A stretch of DNA of 64,000 nt from Klebsormidium nitens (Eukaryota > Plantae > Klebsormidiophyceae): the NCBI GenBank assembly GCA_000708835.1, contig DF237029.1, positions 86,658 to 150,657 on the forward strand, given 5' to 3'. How positions within the stretch are numbered: position 1 is the first letter of the stretch; each line of letters opens with the position of its first letter. Under the pieces are notes generated by a model. That model saw only the letters and a list, made by a program, of their open reading frames with translations. It was not told the origin of the DNA and did no database searches. Positions 22,801-35,577 of the stretch are shown here, piece after piece. The translations under genes were made by a program, and so were the position numbers.

Positions 22801-24068
22801 CATGCCATCTGTAACAGAAAGCCTCACTTGTCGTCAGAAACGTTAGGATCCCATCTGCAGGGAAAATACAAGAGAATGTCAGCAGAAGAGGAAGTGCAAC
22901 CGCCTCTGAGAAGATTCTAAATTTCGCCACAAGGAATTCTTCATAAGTACTTAGTCTGAACTTGTCCTTCAAACTCCATCAGACCTTACACTGGAAGGGC
23001 GAACACGGAAGCGTGGGGGAGCGATCAGTAGCTGTCTTGCTCACCCCATACGCAAGAGGTCGAACTTCGCGTCGTGTCAGCAGCACTTGCTCCGGATACT
23101 CTGAACGCAGATTCGACTGCTCCACTTGCTATCCCGACTCCAGTGTCAGATACTGCAGATTGAGAATCTTATGGGTATGAAAGTCAATCTGCTCAGCATG
23201 AGGGCAAGCTCCTTCTCGAGGCGCCAACCAAAATCAAGGTGCAATTCGCTTCATGAGTTCCATTCTCTATCATGGATTCAAACAGCGCGACCTTGTACCT
23301 CGCAGATGGAGCTTGTCTGGCTCGGCTCCTTCCTCAACTTCTGTGCATGGGTGTCCACCTTTCACAGCCTGCCTCTCTGCAGTGACTGTGATCCTCGGTG
23401 TTCCGTCAAGCAGAGTTGGTGACTGGCAGGACCGAATCGAAAGTGCCATAATCTGGAGGCGACAAAATGAGCAGATTTCTTCACAGGCGTTGAAGTTCAG
23501 CTCCTTTGGCAGACACCAATGAGAACTTTAGATTTGTGACAACGTTAAGTAGGTTGTATGCGATGGTGCATTTATCAGCGCGATTGAGTTCACAGATCGT
23601 ACCAAATTGAGCGAAGAGGAAAGCATGGCTCCTTAACGGCGACCTGAGCTGAGAACCAACCTTATCGAGAGTTGCCAAGACATCTGGTTCCTTATTCATC
23701 GTCATTGGAGAGAGGGCCCCAAAGGAGTTGACGTACTCTCTGACGTACTCTGACGCCTGCCGGAATTCTGTCAACTGTTCAGACTAGCTTTGTTTGAGCT
23801 TGTTCACCGAGATTCTCAGTAGGAAAATGATTATTCTCAATGACTCTGCTCCATTCAGTGGAAGAGTACTGTGGTCATACAGATTTCAAAGATGTTAATG
23901 TGATTAAGCTCGTATGACCATCTTGTTCAGCATACTCTTGGCAACAGATGTCTTTGGTTGTTTTCTTGCCTGTCCCACTTTTTGTGGAAGCTATCTTTCA
24001 ACTGGTGGTCGTCGGCTAAAATGGCACCAGTGAGGGTCCGTCCAAAGAAGGCGCCTTGGATGCGAAGC
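19896..24068 (-). pseudogene. Unassigned multi-exon coding-like tract, apparently degenerate
   Basis: A chain of minus-strand ORF fragments (23937-24068, 23481-23774, 22471-22755, 21777-22091, 20929-21249, 20516-20737, 19896-20297). Some junctions splice plausibly (donor GTATGC at 23936 to acceptor at 23775), but there are in-frame stops and frame changes near 22950-23450. No family recognised. Confidence 0.35.
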
Positions 24069-24250
24069 TAGTAAAAGCCGAACTCGATCAACTGACCAGC
24101 CAAGCGGCTTTTCGGTACGTCTGAAGCGCACAGGCTCTAAGAACGGGCACTGGCAGGAATCGCTGGTCTCCACTTTGATATGCAACGAGTGCATGGGAGG
24201 TCGGCTGCTGTTCAGCTACATGACCTGCGCAATCGTTCATGAGATGGGCT

Positions 24251-24438
24251 ATAACTTTCAAGAAAGATAATAGTGAGCCAAGATAATAGTAAGCTCCGAC
24301 TAAAACTAAAAATCCTAACCTTAAATGAAACACCCGCTCCGCACCCGTACCCACCCTAACCACCATACTAACCCTACGCGTCACAGTGCGGTTACCTTAC
24401 TACTATCTGGGCTTACTATTTTTTTTCTTGAGTTTATT
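24251..24438. mobile_element. MITE-like element, copy 1 (about 188 bp, imperfect TIRs of about 40 bp)
   Basis: Left end ataactttcaagaaagataatagtgagccaagataatagtaag; reverse complement of the right end aataaactcaagaaaaaaaatagtaagcccagatagtagtaag. Homologous along its length, in inverted orientation, to 50069-50253. Confidence 0.75.
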
Positions 24439-25514
24439 GACGGCCGGGCTTGCCTGAAGTCAGTCGACTGACAATTGTTTCTTAGAACAAGTGGATTCCG
24501 TTCCGCATGACAGATAATCATCGATTCGAATCGCGTTGCACTGCAGCTCATGCTGATAGAATCGGAGACCTTGCATCATCACATGTGATCCGATGCATGG
24601 TCGATCCTGCCTACAAGTTAAGGAAAGTCTGAATTTTTTGTAACGGCCACTGATTTAATTACGCTTATAGTCCCATCCATCGAGCTTGCAATTAAACGTG
24701 TGCAAAGCGAGGCCGCCTGGCATGCAGCCTGGCCCGGCGTGGCCAGATATAATTGTTGCATACTCAGGCTCATGAGGCAAAGTTATGCATGCTGGCATGC
24801 ATTCCGGGCATGCATGGCCCCGGTCAGTGCCAACGTGCACCACGCGAGTGTGCTTGAACACGTGCAAGTTTATATATATAAGTCCGTGTTATCAAGTCAA
24901 TAACTCAGGCTGGTGCGCCATCATAATTTAATTCTGATGATTTGAGCGCACATGGTATATACTGCAGTGTGTACATGCTCATGCTAGCTGCATCTCTGGC
25001 ATGCATGTGACTGCGCGGCTCTGACGGTCTGTCCAAAAGCTTCAAGCTAGCTATTATGATGAGTGAATATTTGTGGTCTGAGCACACTAGCTAGCCTGTT
25101 GCAACTTTATATTGGACCTGAAACAACGTATATGCCGCGGCCGCCGGCCATGATAGACTTTTTTGGCTTCCATATCGGATATTCCGAACAAGGAATGTGC
25201 GGCCTATACGCGTCCATCTAGCAAGCACATTCGTACGTCACATGCCTAAGCAAGACCGAAACACATGGCAACTCTAACATTCCGGAAACGGGCTTCGCAG
25301 CGGCCATGGATTGTTTTCCTCGTGATGGCAAGTTGAGAGCGAGCTTCCAACATGACAGCAGGAAAGCCAACAGATTCTCACCAGTGCAGCGAGTCAACAA
25401 TGTCGCAATGCCTGCCGATTCATAGGCACTTTTTTCCGTCTCTTTACAAGGCCACCCCAGACAACGACACTTTAGTTTAATGTACAAACTTCATGGCAAC
25501 CAGGCCAGGTTCAC

Positions 25515-28500
25515 TCAAACAAACATGTTCAGCTCTGGTCGGCTGAACGTATTCTGCCCCTCGTCCTCCAGTACCGGGTACGCTGCTATCAATCCGTCTT
25601 GAGAGCCAATGTACAGGTTGTTGTAGATCCGCCAGTACACCTCGCGTACTTTCCTGGCAGGATGGAACAGGCCCTGCAAGGAAAGCAAGCACGCACTTCA
25701 AATCAAGCTTCATATGACCTGAACGCACGCTATGCACCAAATAACATATGGCTAGTTGCAGAATTGAACGAAAATGACGACCAGGCAGAATAAGGAGACG
25801 CAGAGGACAGGAACCGAGCAAAGCCTGTTCAAGCGTCAGTCCACGGAAGGAAGAGCACCCCACAGGCAGACGATGCTGATGGATTGAGAAGTCCGCTACA
25901 GACAAATTTCGAATTACACGCATCCCTAAGATCAACCTCTCCTCCGACGGGACACAAACCAAACCTCCCCTGGCCCCCTCACCTGCAGGCAGTAGTTGAG
26001 GATGACCGCCGGCCCGCACGACACGCGCATCCCGTCGACCGCGCCCATGACGGCGTTGATGACGTGCGGCGACGTCTCGAAGATGTTGGGCCAGATGAAG
26101 TTGAGCAGGTGGATCAGCGCGTCCTCGCAGCCGAGGCCCGCCACGCCGAGCGCCATGTGCATCACTGCGGAAGCGGCCGTCTGCCGGTGCACCAGGTCGC
26201 GGTCCATGAGCGCGTCCTCTAGGAGCGGCGTGACCGCGTAGATGTAGTCCTTGCCCATCTCGCCGATGTACTCGAAGAGGAACGAGAGCGACTTGAGCAC
26301 GCCGTTCTGCACGGGGAGACGGAGAAGAGGGTCAGAGACGTCGATACCCGAGCGTGGGGCAAACATCAGAAGCCGAGGTGCAGAGCAGTCGAGACTTGCC
26401 TTTTCGAAATATTGTAGCGACGCGTTCCAGAAATCGAGTCGCACAGAAACTCTGACGCGAATCTCTGGTGTTGAAAAAGACTCAAAAGGCGCCAACATAT
26501 TCCGGTGGTTGTGTCCAACTCGGAGCCTTGAACGAACGACCTCCCGTCTTAGCAGTCAGAGCGTCATGCCAAAACATATCCAGCAGATGGAAGAAGGAGC
26601 CTTCAACACCTGTGCAAACCAGAGAAGTTCGAAATCGTCACCTGTGCGTTGACTCGTTCGCCAGGTGGAATACACCCCTCGAAACACAAGCGCATAACTA
26701 CAGAACCCAACACGGGATCTCTAGACCCTCACCTGCACATTAAGCTCGGGCACCTTGTACTCGTTCATGAGCGCGGGCAGCACCGTGAACGGCGAGCACG
26801 TCTCGGCCACGATCGCAATCGCCACAGTGGTGCACACGCGGTTCTGGCGCTCCTGCACCTTCAGGTTGTTCAGCAGCGTCGCGAGCACGTCCTGCGGCCC
26901 GACCGCCTTGGCGATGTACCCGAACGTGTTCACCGTCGCACGCCGGATGCCCTTCTTGTGCGCTTTCAGCATGTCAAGCAGCTCGAAGCAGATGCGCATC
27001 CACTCGCGGGCGGGGACGAACTCCGCGCCGCGGTCCGCGATGCGCCCGACGAGGTCGATGCAGTTCTCTTGGACCTTCTCGTGGCGATTCTTGAGGATGG
27101 GCGTCAGGCGCGGGAGGAGGTCCTTGATGGGTGGCGTCATCTTGGTCATGCCGATGACGTTTACGATCGCCTTGAGGGCGCCCAGGATGGAGCCCAGCAC
27201 CTCGGGGTACTCCTCGCCCAGGTACTCGTACAGCACCTGCGAGGAAGGAAGAAGGGTTGGTCGGAAACGAAGCGGAAAGGCGAGGATTCTTCAGCTCTTG
27301 AACAGGCGGGGGAGGCCTGGACACCGAGAGCCCACTGAGACGACTGTGCTGGTGGTAGGCAAGGCCCGTCTCAATGAGAATTGCATTCGGAGAGGGCGAA
27401 CTGCGACAAAGCTGCATTATTCGAGGCAGTCTGTCCATCAGAGATCTACACCCCTTCCTAAAATGAAGCCAAAATCGAAAACGTCAGCCAATAACACTCG
27501 AGCACCGGAAACAGAACCCCGCAGCAGCAGTCCGTCCGATCCCAAGTTGCAATAAATCCAAGTTGCAGTACAGCGTACTCACCACTCCGAGATGGCCCAT
27601 GAGCTGCTCCTCGTGGCAGGCCTTCATGACGACGGCGATGCGCGCGATGAGGTCAGCGGCCTGCTGCCGCACCTTGGCGCTCTTGTTGTTGAGGCGCCAC
27701 TTGATGGTCCCGCAGATCTGAGGCAGGTACGGCTTGACACGCTGACCCAGGCTGTTCACCACCGTGCCGAAGCCGTTGAGCATCACGTTCGTGTCGTCGC
27801 TCGTCTGCAGAAGGAACGAAACAGTCAACTGCGAGTCTTTCTCAGAACCCCCGAAAGCACTAGAGCGCAAAACCGCTTTCTGCATCTCTGTAGCTGGCCA
27901 AACAGGGACAACCAGCGCGTAGAAAGCAGGTTATGGAGAGGGAGCGAGGCTAGCTTCCTTTGATGCAACCCAACAAGAAACCAAGTGAACAATCACATGG
28001 TGAAACTACCCCAGACAGGAAAAAAGCAGACCAAGTGTGAACTGACTCCTGAAGTGAGGCCGCAAAACCCTCGCAAATCTGAACAATCACAAGAGGACTT
28101 CACAGAGTGCGGCACACTTTTGCAAACGACTGGCAACCGTCCAAACAAAAGCGAAGGCTGAAGGCGCGGCTCACCTGCTCCTGGAAGGCGTACAGGATGC
28201 CGTCGATGAGCAGCTCCTCAAGGCGCGCGTCGATGTCGGCACTGCCGAGCGCGGAGACGACCTTGTCGATCGTCTCCATGACCATGCGCCGGTACGGCTC
28301 GCTCTCGTCCTTCAGGTCCTCCACGATGCGGCCCACGATGTCGGACACGCCCACCTACGCAGCGGAGATGAGAAAAGGGTCAGCAAACGTGAAGCGGCGG
28401 GGGAAGGCAGGGAAGCAGATGAGAACGGGCGGGGAAAGGCAAGTGTCGGCAAATGGCCGGGCCGGGGCAAACAGGGGTCAGCACATGTTGACGGGCGGAG

Positions 28501-31500
28501 GGATGAAAGGGATCAGCAGATGAAACCGCGGACTGACAGCGACTCATGATACTGCAACCTTGTGAAGCATCATAATCGTTTGGGGGTTTTGGAGAGGAAA
28601 CCGCGGTCGGCCAAAAGTGGCCGCACAATCAGTACAGATCAATTGCTTCAAAAACTGAAGCGCCTGTCCAAATCTTGATCAGCATTCCGTCATTAGAAGA
28701 GTTGCCCACTGGATGGCTTGAGAAAATAGCCTTGCTTCAGTAGCCGCAGGGTAGAAGCATCGACCACTCTGCATTTGTCGTGAGGAGCTCGTTTGACGTG
28801 ATCGTAGCCCCAGGTACAACAACAACAGGAAGCGGGGCCTGACCAAGGTCGCACTTGGCACACCCATCCAACTTTCCCGCAGCCCTTGAGTGCCCCTCAC
28901 CTTGTTGGCGATCTCCACGGTCGTCTCCACCAGCTGCTTGTAGTTGCGCCGGTCGAGCGCCATGCGCCGCACCCAGAAGTTCTTGAAGAACTCCGGCAGG
29001 ATCTCCGCGCGGATGTAGTCCGCCTCGACGCCGTCGGTGCCCGCGCACTGCTTCACCACCTTCAGCACGATCTTCTTCATCTCCTCGTCGGGCGACTGAA
29101 ACTCCCGGATCAAGATCACCATGACTTCCTTGGTGTAGTAAGACGCGTACATTGCGTCCATAAGCGGGATGATGAACCCGATGGATTTGAGGAAGGCCGC
29201 GAGGACCTTGCCGCGGTGGCTGCGGATGCCCTTCCAGAGCGGCTTGAGCACGCTGTCGAAGCTCTCGATGCCGTACGGCGCGGCGGCCTCGGCGAGGGCG
29301 GCCAGAGACAGCGCCGTGATCGTGCGCACCTGCGGAGCGGGGGAGGAAAGATTTACAAACCGTCCTGGCCAGTGCTTCACTTGTTGGATGAACATGGGCG
29401 AATAGCGATGGCCGACATTGAGGGATCTTCGCTCAGATGTTTTCAGAGAGAAATGTTTTCAGAGAGAAGGCGACTATAGAGAGGGTTTGGAGCAGACGAG
29501 GTGCTTGATCAAACGCTTTCGAGCAGACGGAGAAGTTGCCGACAAAGGGAGCAGGCAGTACAGGATTCAACGAAGTACCAAATGCCAGGAAGCGAATCAA
29601 GAAACAATCATCTGACGCTCTGTATGTACCTCCAGTCAGCGCTAAAGCAAGGGGACAGACCGTGCAGTGAAGGAACAGGAGCAAAAGCGGCCTACACAAA
29701 ACTTCTCCTCTTCTGCAATCAACCACACAAATCATCACCCTCGGTCCTCGGATTCTCAAATTCGCCCACGCGCCTCACCTTTTGGTTCTCGTCCCCAAGG
29801 CCCTCCTCGATGATCTCCACGAGCGAGCGCAGGTGCGGCAGGATGGCCACCCCGAGCAGGATGGCCACCTGCTGCACGATCTTGATCCCCGTGTGCCGCG
29901 CCTGCCACGACTTCTTGCTCTTGCACACCGCCTTGAGGAACGGCAGCAGCGCGGGGATGCCGAGCGCGGACGCGACGACCGAGAACGCGCGCGCCGTCGT
30001 GTTGCGCACGTACTCGTCGATGTTGTCGATGTCGGGGCGCATCGCGGCGATCATGGTGGCCAGCCCGGCGGCCTTGCTCAGGTTGGAGATGATCTCGCGC
30101 CCCTCGACGCGCGCGTAGTAGTCCTCGTCGATGAGCAGCGGCTCGATGACGACCAGGATCTTGTGCACGTACGGCCGCACCAGCTCGTCCAGTTTGTACA
30201 GCACGCGGTCGATGACCTTGACCAGCAAATGACGCTCCTGGTCCTCCAGCGTGGGTGACATCAGCAGGGGCAGGATCTGGTTGAAGAGCGGCCCCGCGCC
30301 GAACTCGCGCGCCTTGTCGGTGAGCTGGCGCAGCGCGGTCTTGCGCTGGGGGGGCGTCCCGTTCTTGACCTTGAGCAGCAGCTTCATGATCTTGCGCTCC
30401 TTGGCCTCCTCAGGGGTCAGCGCCTCCTCGTCCTTCTCCTGCAGGGGGAGCAAAATGTAGACGTTGTCAGCAGAATTCCAGGGAGGCAAGCGAAAGTGGT
30501 GAGCGACCATTTCCAGGGCGGGCGAACATGGTGAGCAGAGTTCTGAGGGCAGCATAAGTGGCGAGCAAAGCTTTGAGAGAAACCAATAGTGTCAATCATA
30601 CTTCAAGGGCAGCGAAGCTCGTGAGCGAATTTCCCAGAGGGCCTGGAGGTGGAGAGCCAAACTCCAGAAGTGCGCTGGGGCGGTCAGCAACTTTAGGGGT
30701 CAATGAAGGTAAACAAGGAGGGGGGAACACCCTCAGCACAAGCAAGCGCCCCTGCAAGAAGCGCTAGTTTCTAAGGGGCCAGATATGGCAACGAGACGTA
30801 TGTGCACTTCCAAGTCGAGTGCAACATCAAGCTCCACGCAAGCATACAAGACGAGGCACGTGACGCCACAACTCAATATTCGCCCAGGAGACCAAGCGCA
30901 TCAAAGCGCTTCCCAAAACGAAGAGACCCTGACAGCCCAACAAACGCAAGCCTCCGCAGATCCTCACCTGCAGCAACGCCCCGAAGTACTGGTAGTCCTC
31001 CGGCTTGATCTCCGGCAGCCCCGCGGGCCCCTCCTTCGGCAGGTCAAACTGCTGGCCCCGGTCCTCCTCGGGGATCATATACCCGGGCGTCGCCCCCGCC
31101 ATCGGCGTCGGCGTGGCCAGCAGCTTCCTAGCGGGGGTCCGGATCGGGACGTAGCTCGCGGGGGGGTCCAGAATCTTGTACCCCTCCATCGGGAACATCG
31201 CATCGAGCTCCTCGTCCGAGAGCGGCCGGTTGCGCTCCTCGATGTCGCGCTCCCACTTCATCGCGTTGTACTGCTCAGGCGTCTGCGGCACGCGCAGCGC
31301 GATCTGGCTGGGGGTCGGCGTTTCCATCCCCAGCCCCCCCATAGGGGTCACCCCCGGGGTGAACGCCCCTGGCGTCTGACCCCCCATAGGAGTGGCGCTC
31401 CCCATCGTGGCCGGGGTTTCGTCCCAGCGCGAGCGCTGCTTTTTCGGTGTGGGCGTGGCCATGTTCTTGGGGGTAGCGTCCCACATAGTTCCGGCAGGAG

Positions 31501-33568
31501 TGGCCCCCGGAGTCACCCCCCCGGAAGGAGTGGCGTCGTCGTCGGCTGGGCGGCCGGGGGTGGGGGTCGCGTCCCAGCGGTTGCGGCGCGCAGCGGGGGT
31601 GGCGTCGGCGCCAGGGCGGCCGGGGGTTGGGGCGTCCCATCGGCTGCAGGAAATACAACGGTATGCTTCGTACATGAACATGCAAGTCAGACTAGTTAAA
31701 GCAATGGCGAAGGCTTAGGCAGCCGGCCAGCCCCTGAGCTTGCAACAATCAGAAACGTTTCTTAGAAACCACTGAAATTTCACCACCAGTTCAGGAAACT
31801 CGATTGCAAGCACCCTTGAAGGTAGTTTCAGAAAAGCCATGCAGCAAGAGAGGAAGAAGAAGCGCTTACCTTGCAGCTGGGCCAGCATCAGGGGCATCCC
31901 AGTCCGACGTCTTTGCTTTCCTGCAGCATGAAACGAAGTCCTCGTGAGTGGATGCTTATCTCCAACGGAATCCTCAAAATCACCTTGCATGAGCACAGGT
32001 CACCTGCTACTGTGGACAAACAAAACAAGATGCACCCACAAAGTGGTGAACATGTCAAGCCATACAAGCTGCAGAGATGGCGCAACCCGCCTCAATCGTC
32101 TGTACTAAGACAATCCGCTTTTGAGCATTACCCGCCTCAATCGTCTGTACTAAGACAATCCGCTTTTGAGCATTGAGAAGAGGTGACTCACTTTGCCGGC
32201 TCCTCCTCCCCCCCCGACTTGTCCCACCGGTTCCGCCGCTTCCCATTGGCTGCCGCCGGCTGCGGCGCCGCCGCTTGCTGCACCCTGGTGGGGGCCTCGC
32301 TCTGCTCCTTGGCCCTGCGCTCCGCTTCCTCCTGCTTCTTTTTGGCAATCACACGCAGCGTCTCCTCCTTCTCGCGCTTGTGCGCCTCCTCGCGCATGAT
32401 GTCGGCGTACGTGCGCACCGAGGGGTCCGGCGTTTTGTCGCCCATCGCGAAGGGGTCCACGCGCTCGGGGGAGATGATGCGGTTCAGGCGCCGCTTGCGG
32501 TAGTCGTCCTCGCGGTCGATGATGCGCGACGGGCGGTTGAAGCCGGGCTGCAGCGCGGGGGACAAGAGTTGAGTTTCGATTGCCCTTGAGAAAAGTCATT
32601 GCTTGTTAGATCCGACATCCAGCATCGGGCGCGACTGCAGTGCTCACAGCAATGCTGGACTCACAAAGCCAAACAATGTCGTCAGGACCCATAACGTTGG
32701 ATACGCAAGCAAACATGATGCAGACAGAGGTAAGGGGAAGATCATTGAACTTACGTCTTCCTCCACTCCATCTTCGTTGCGCCCTGGAAGCACGCCCAGC
32801 AGGGACTTTGGCGCGGTGTATGACGCCAGTTTCCTGCAAGAGGAGAATGAAAACTTGTACAGACAGGAGCCACAACCACTTTGAGGGGGCCCGGTACAAC
32901 TCTCAAACAAGGACACGGACCAATTGAATCAGTGAGGAGCAACGCATCATTGAACTTTTCTGAGCAGAGTTGCATAAGCCACGGTGCCCACTTCAAAATC
33001 CTGTTGATGGGCAGAGTCACCTTAGAAACCTAAAAACCCTTTGCGAAAGGAGAAAGCCCATTGAATAACCCCGTGCGGGCGCAAACGGCAGCTCGCCGTT
33101 GTTTTTGTACTTAACGACAGGCAACTTTCTCAAGCATTTGTGAGGCCACACGTCCTTGCACCCAAAGATCATTACAGGCAAAGCACCTGAAATAGAGTAG
33201 ATCATAAACCCTAACCACCATTACCAACAATTGGCGTCAATTGAACGGCCCCAAGAGGAGCCCGGTCATAAATCGTATGGACTTGAGCGTTGCAACAAAG
33301 ACTCTGTGTCCGGGCTTGTTGGAACACATATGCAAAGAAACCGCAACAGAGAATCAGCTTACTTTGCAACCTCCCTCTCGGTGTCCCCTTCTTCGTCCTC
33401 CCCCTCATCAGCGGGGATCGATGCAACATAGCCATCTGCCCTGCCGAGCCCCCCATACAGATCCTGATCAAAACTGCTCTTCTCAAGGCTCATCGCCGCA
33501 AGGTCCTGCTCCCTTTTCTTCCGCTCCTCCTGTACGCGACGAATCTCATCGTCCACAGCGTCCGCCAT
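25515..33568 (-). CDS. SF3B1: Splicing factor 3B subunit 1 (U2 snRNP, about 1281 aa)
   Basis: 12 exons: 33363-33568, 32755-32833, 32192-32547, 31870-31920, 30968-31643, 29779-30438, 28901-29329, 28175-28354, 27583-27804, 26733-27236, 25983-26306, 25515-25673. RWD/TP repeats, HEAT-repeat motifs [17 protein letters not shown] and QKVRTITAL, C-terminal [14 protein letters not shown]. Confidence 0.99.
32085..32174. repeat. 45-bp tandem duplication in SF3B1 intron 3
   Basis: acccgcctcaatcgtctgtactaagacaatccgcttttgagcatt occurs at 32085 and 32130. Confidence 0.92.
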
Positions 33569-33988
33569 CGTTAAAGTCGGGCAATCTACGTTGACTACTT
33601 TTTCGCGTCCCTCAATTTGTACGAGTTGCAGACTTTGGCAGCTTGACTACTTTTGATTGGTTTCTTCCCTCCGCCCTTTACACTTGTTCGCTCCTCAACT
33701 CGTGGGAGACCACGTCCGAGCAAAGCGCGCACATGCAAAAAGGTGCTGAGCCTTCAACTTCAACTTCAAGTTCTTTGGGTGAACTGGACACACTGGTGAC
33801 GAGGGAGGAGCTGTTGACAGAAGTTGGCAGTCTCCTTGTTGGACTTGAGAGGTTCTCCTGCGCCAAATGGTGGGCATCTACATGTGACAAGTCGGGAGCT
33901 TCTGAGAATTAGACCTCGAAACGGTTAGCTGCAAAGCGAGGTTAGACGAGCGCACGTTTTCGGGCTGGCAAGAAGATCCTGCACTGGC

Positions 33989-34516
33989 GCAAGTAGTACA
34001 TAGCACTGCACTTGGAAAGTGTTAACACACTAGTGTAACAAGGCCGTCATTCTCTACCGCAATTTTTCTGACAAATAACACGAGCAGTCCGGGCGGTCTG
34101 ACAACCATCAATGCTACTCTTCGATATTATTTTGGGTCCCCGGTACATTGGCGGCTATGGTTTGGGTGAGGGTAACTCTTACGAGAGCAAACAGTCCCCG
34201 GGTAGGACAGAACCAGTACATAAACCGGCGAGTTTACGGGTTTCGCACCCCTTACAATCGGAACTACCAAATCAACCCTACCCGTGCCCCGGGCCCCTAC
34301 ATTTTCCTGGGCTACCTGAACCAGCCGCGGCCGCGAGTGTCGGGAGAGGTGAGCCGTCGAGATACTTCAGAGACGCCACGCGGCGGTCGATGCATAGCGC
34401 GTCAGCTCATACGAATATGGAAAGTTTGTGCCGGGCATAACACTCGTGGGAGTGCAAACACACAGCTGCCACCGGCCTGTTAACACTTTCCGAGTGCAGT
34501 GCTTTGACCTTTTTGC
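33989..34516. mobile_element. Non-autonomous Mutator-like (MULE) element/MITE, 528 bp, with a 9-bp TSD
   Basis: Left TIR gcaagtagtacatagcactgcacttggaaagtgttaaca; reverse complement of the right TIR gcaaaaaggtcaaagcactgcactcggaaagtgttaaca. Flanked by a perfect direct repeat tgcactggc at 33980-33988 and 34517-34525. Confidence 0.8.
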
Positions 34517-34654
34517 TGCACTGGCAGTATAATGTAACCCCGATCTTGACCACACGCGACTGACGGCTTGGTTAGGACGATCCAACGTGCGATCTCAACC
34601 GTCCACAACTTGATCCAACGGCACCTGTGAGATATGTAGACTCGGAGACCTCAT

Positions 34655-35577
34655 NNNNNNNNNNNNNNNNNNNNNNNNNNNNNNNNNNNNNNNNNNNNNN
34701 NNNNNNNNNNNNNNNNNNNNNNNNNNNNNNNNNNNNNNNNNNNNNNNNNNNNNNNNNNNNNNNNNNNNNNNNNNNNNNNNNNNNNNNNNNNNNNNNNNNN
34801 NNNNNNNNNNNNNNNNNNNNNNNNNNNNNNNNNNNNNNNNNNNNNNNNNNNNNNNNNNNNNNNNNNNNNNNNNNNNNNNNNNNNNNNNNNNNNNNNNNNN
34901 NNNNNNNNNNNNNNNNNNNNNNNNNNNNNNNNNNNNNNNNNNNNNNNNNNNNNNNNNNNNNNNNNNNNNNNNNNNNNNNNNNNNNNNNNNNNNNNNNNNN
35001 NNNNNNNNNNNNNNNNNNNNNNNNNNNNNNNNNNNNNNNNNNNNNNNNNNNNNNNNNNNNNNNNNNNNNNNNNNNNNNNNNNNNNNNNNNNNNNNNNNNN
35101 NNNNNNNNNNNNNNNNNNNNNNNNNNNNNNNNNNNNNNNNNNNNNNNNNNNNNNNNNNNNNNNNNNNNNNNNNNNNNNNNNNNNNNNNNNNNNNNNNNNN
35201 NNNNNNNNNNNNNNNNNNNNNNNNNNNNNNNNNNNNNNNNNNNNNNNNNNNNNNNNNNNNNNNNNNNNNNNNNNNNNNNNNNNNNNNNNNNNNNNNNNNN
35301 NNNNNNNNNNNNNNNNNNNNNNNNNNNNNNNNNNNNNNNNNNNNNNNNNNNNNNNNNNNNNNNNNNNNNNNNNNNNNNNNNNNNNNNNNNNNNNNNNNNN
35401 NNNNNNNNNNNNNNNNNNNNNNNNNNNNNNNNNNNNNNNNNNNNNNNNNNNNNNNNNNNNNNNNNNNNNNNNNNNNNNNNNNNNNNNNNNNNNNNNNNNN
35501 NNNNNNNNNNNNNNNNNNNNNNNNNNNNNNNNNNNNNNNNNNNNNNNNNNNNNNNNNNNNNNNNNNNNNNNNNNNNN
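34655..35577. other. Assembly gap (N run)
   Basis: Continuous N bases. Confidence 1.

Noticed and set aside
24935-25085. Possible C/D-box snoRNA (TGATGA at about 24936 and 25057, CTGA downstream)
   Set aside because: The first box C is imperfect with no terminal stem; the second C/D pair is only about 25 nt apart.
29100-30050. SF3B1 disease-hotspot and inhibitor-binding positions
   Set aside because: The motifs for E622/R625 (DEYVRN), H662/K666 (RHTGIK), K700 (QKVR) and, further downstream, R1074 (IRRATV) are conserved. HRGKV appears to be the normal plant state.
30785-31699. Long antisense or alternate-frame ORFs over SF3B1, HSP90, GCP5 and the EDR4-like gene (e.g. 30785-31699, 26649-27338, 53321-54130, 61446-62966)
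   Set aside because: These are shadow ORFs produced by GC3-rich codon usage and low-complexity coding sequence; they carry no independent motifs.
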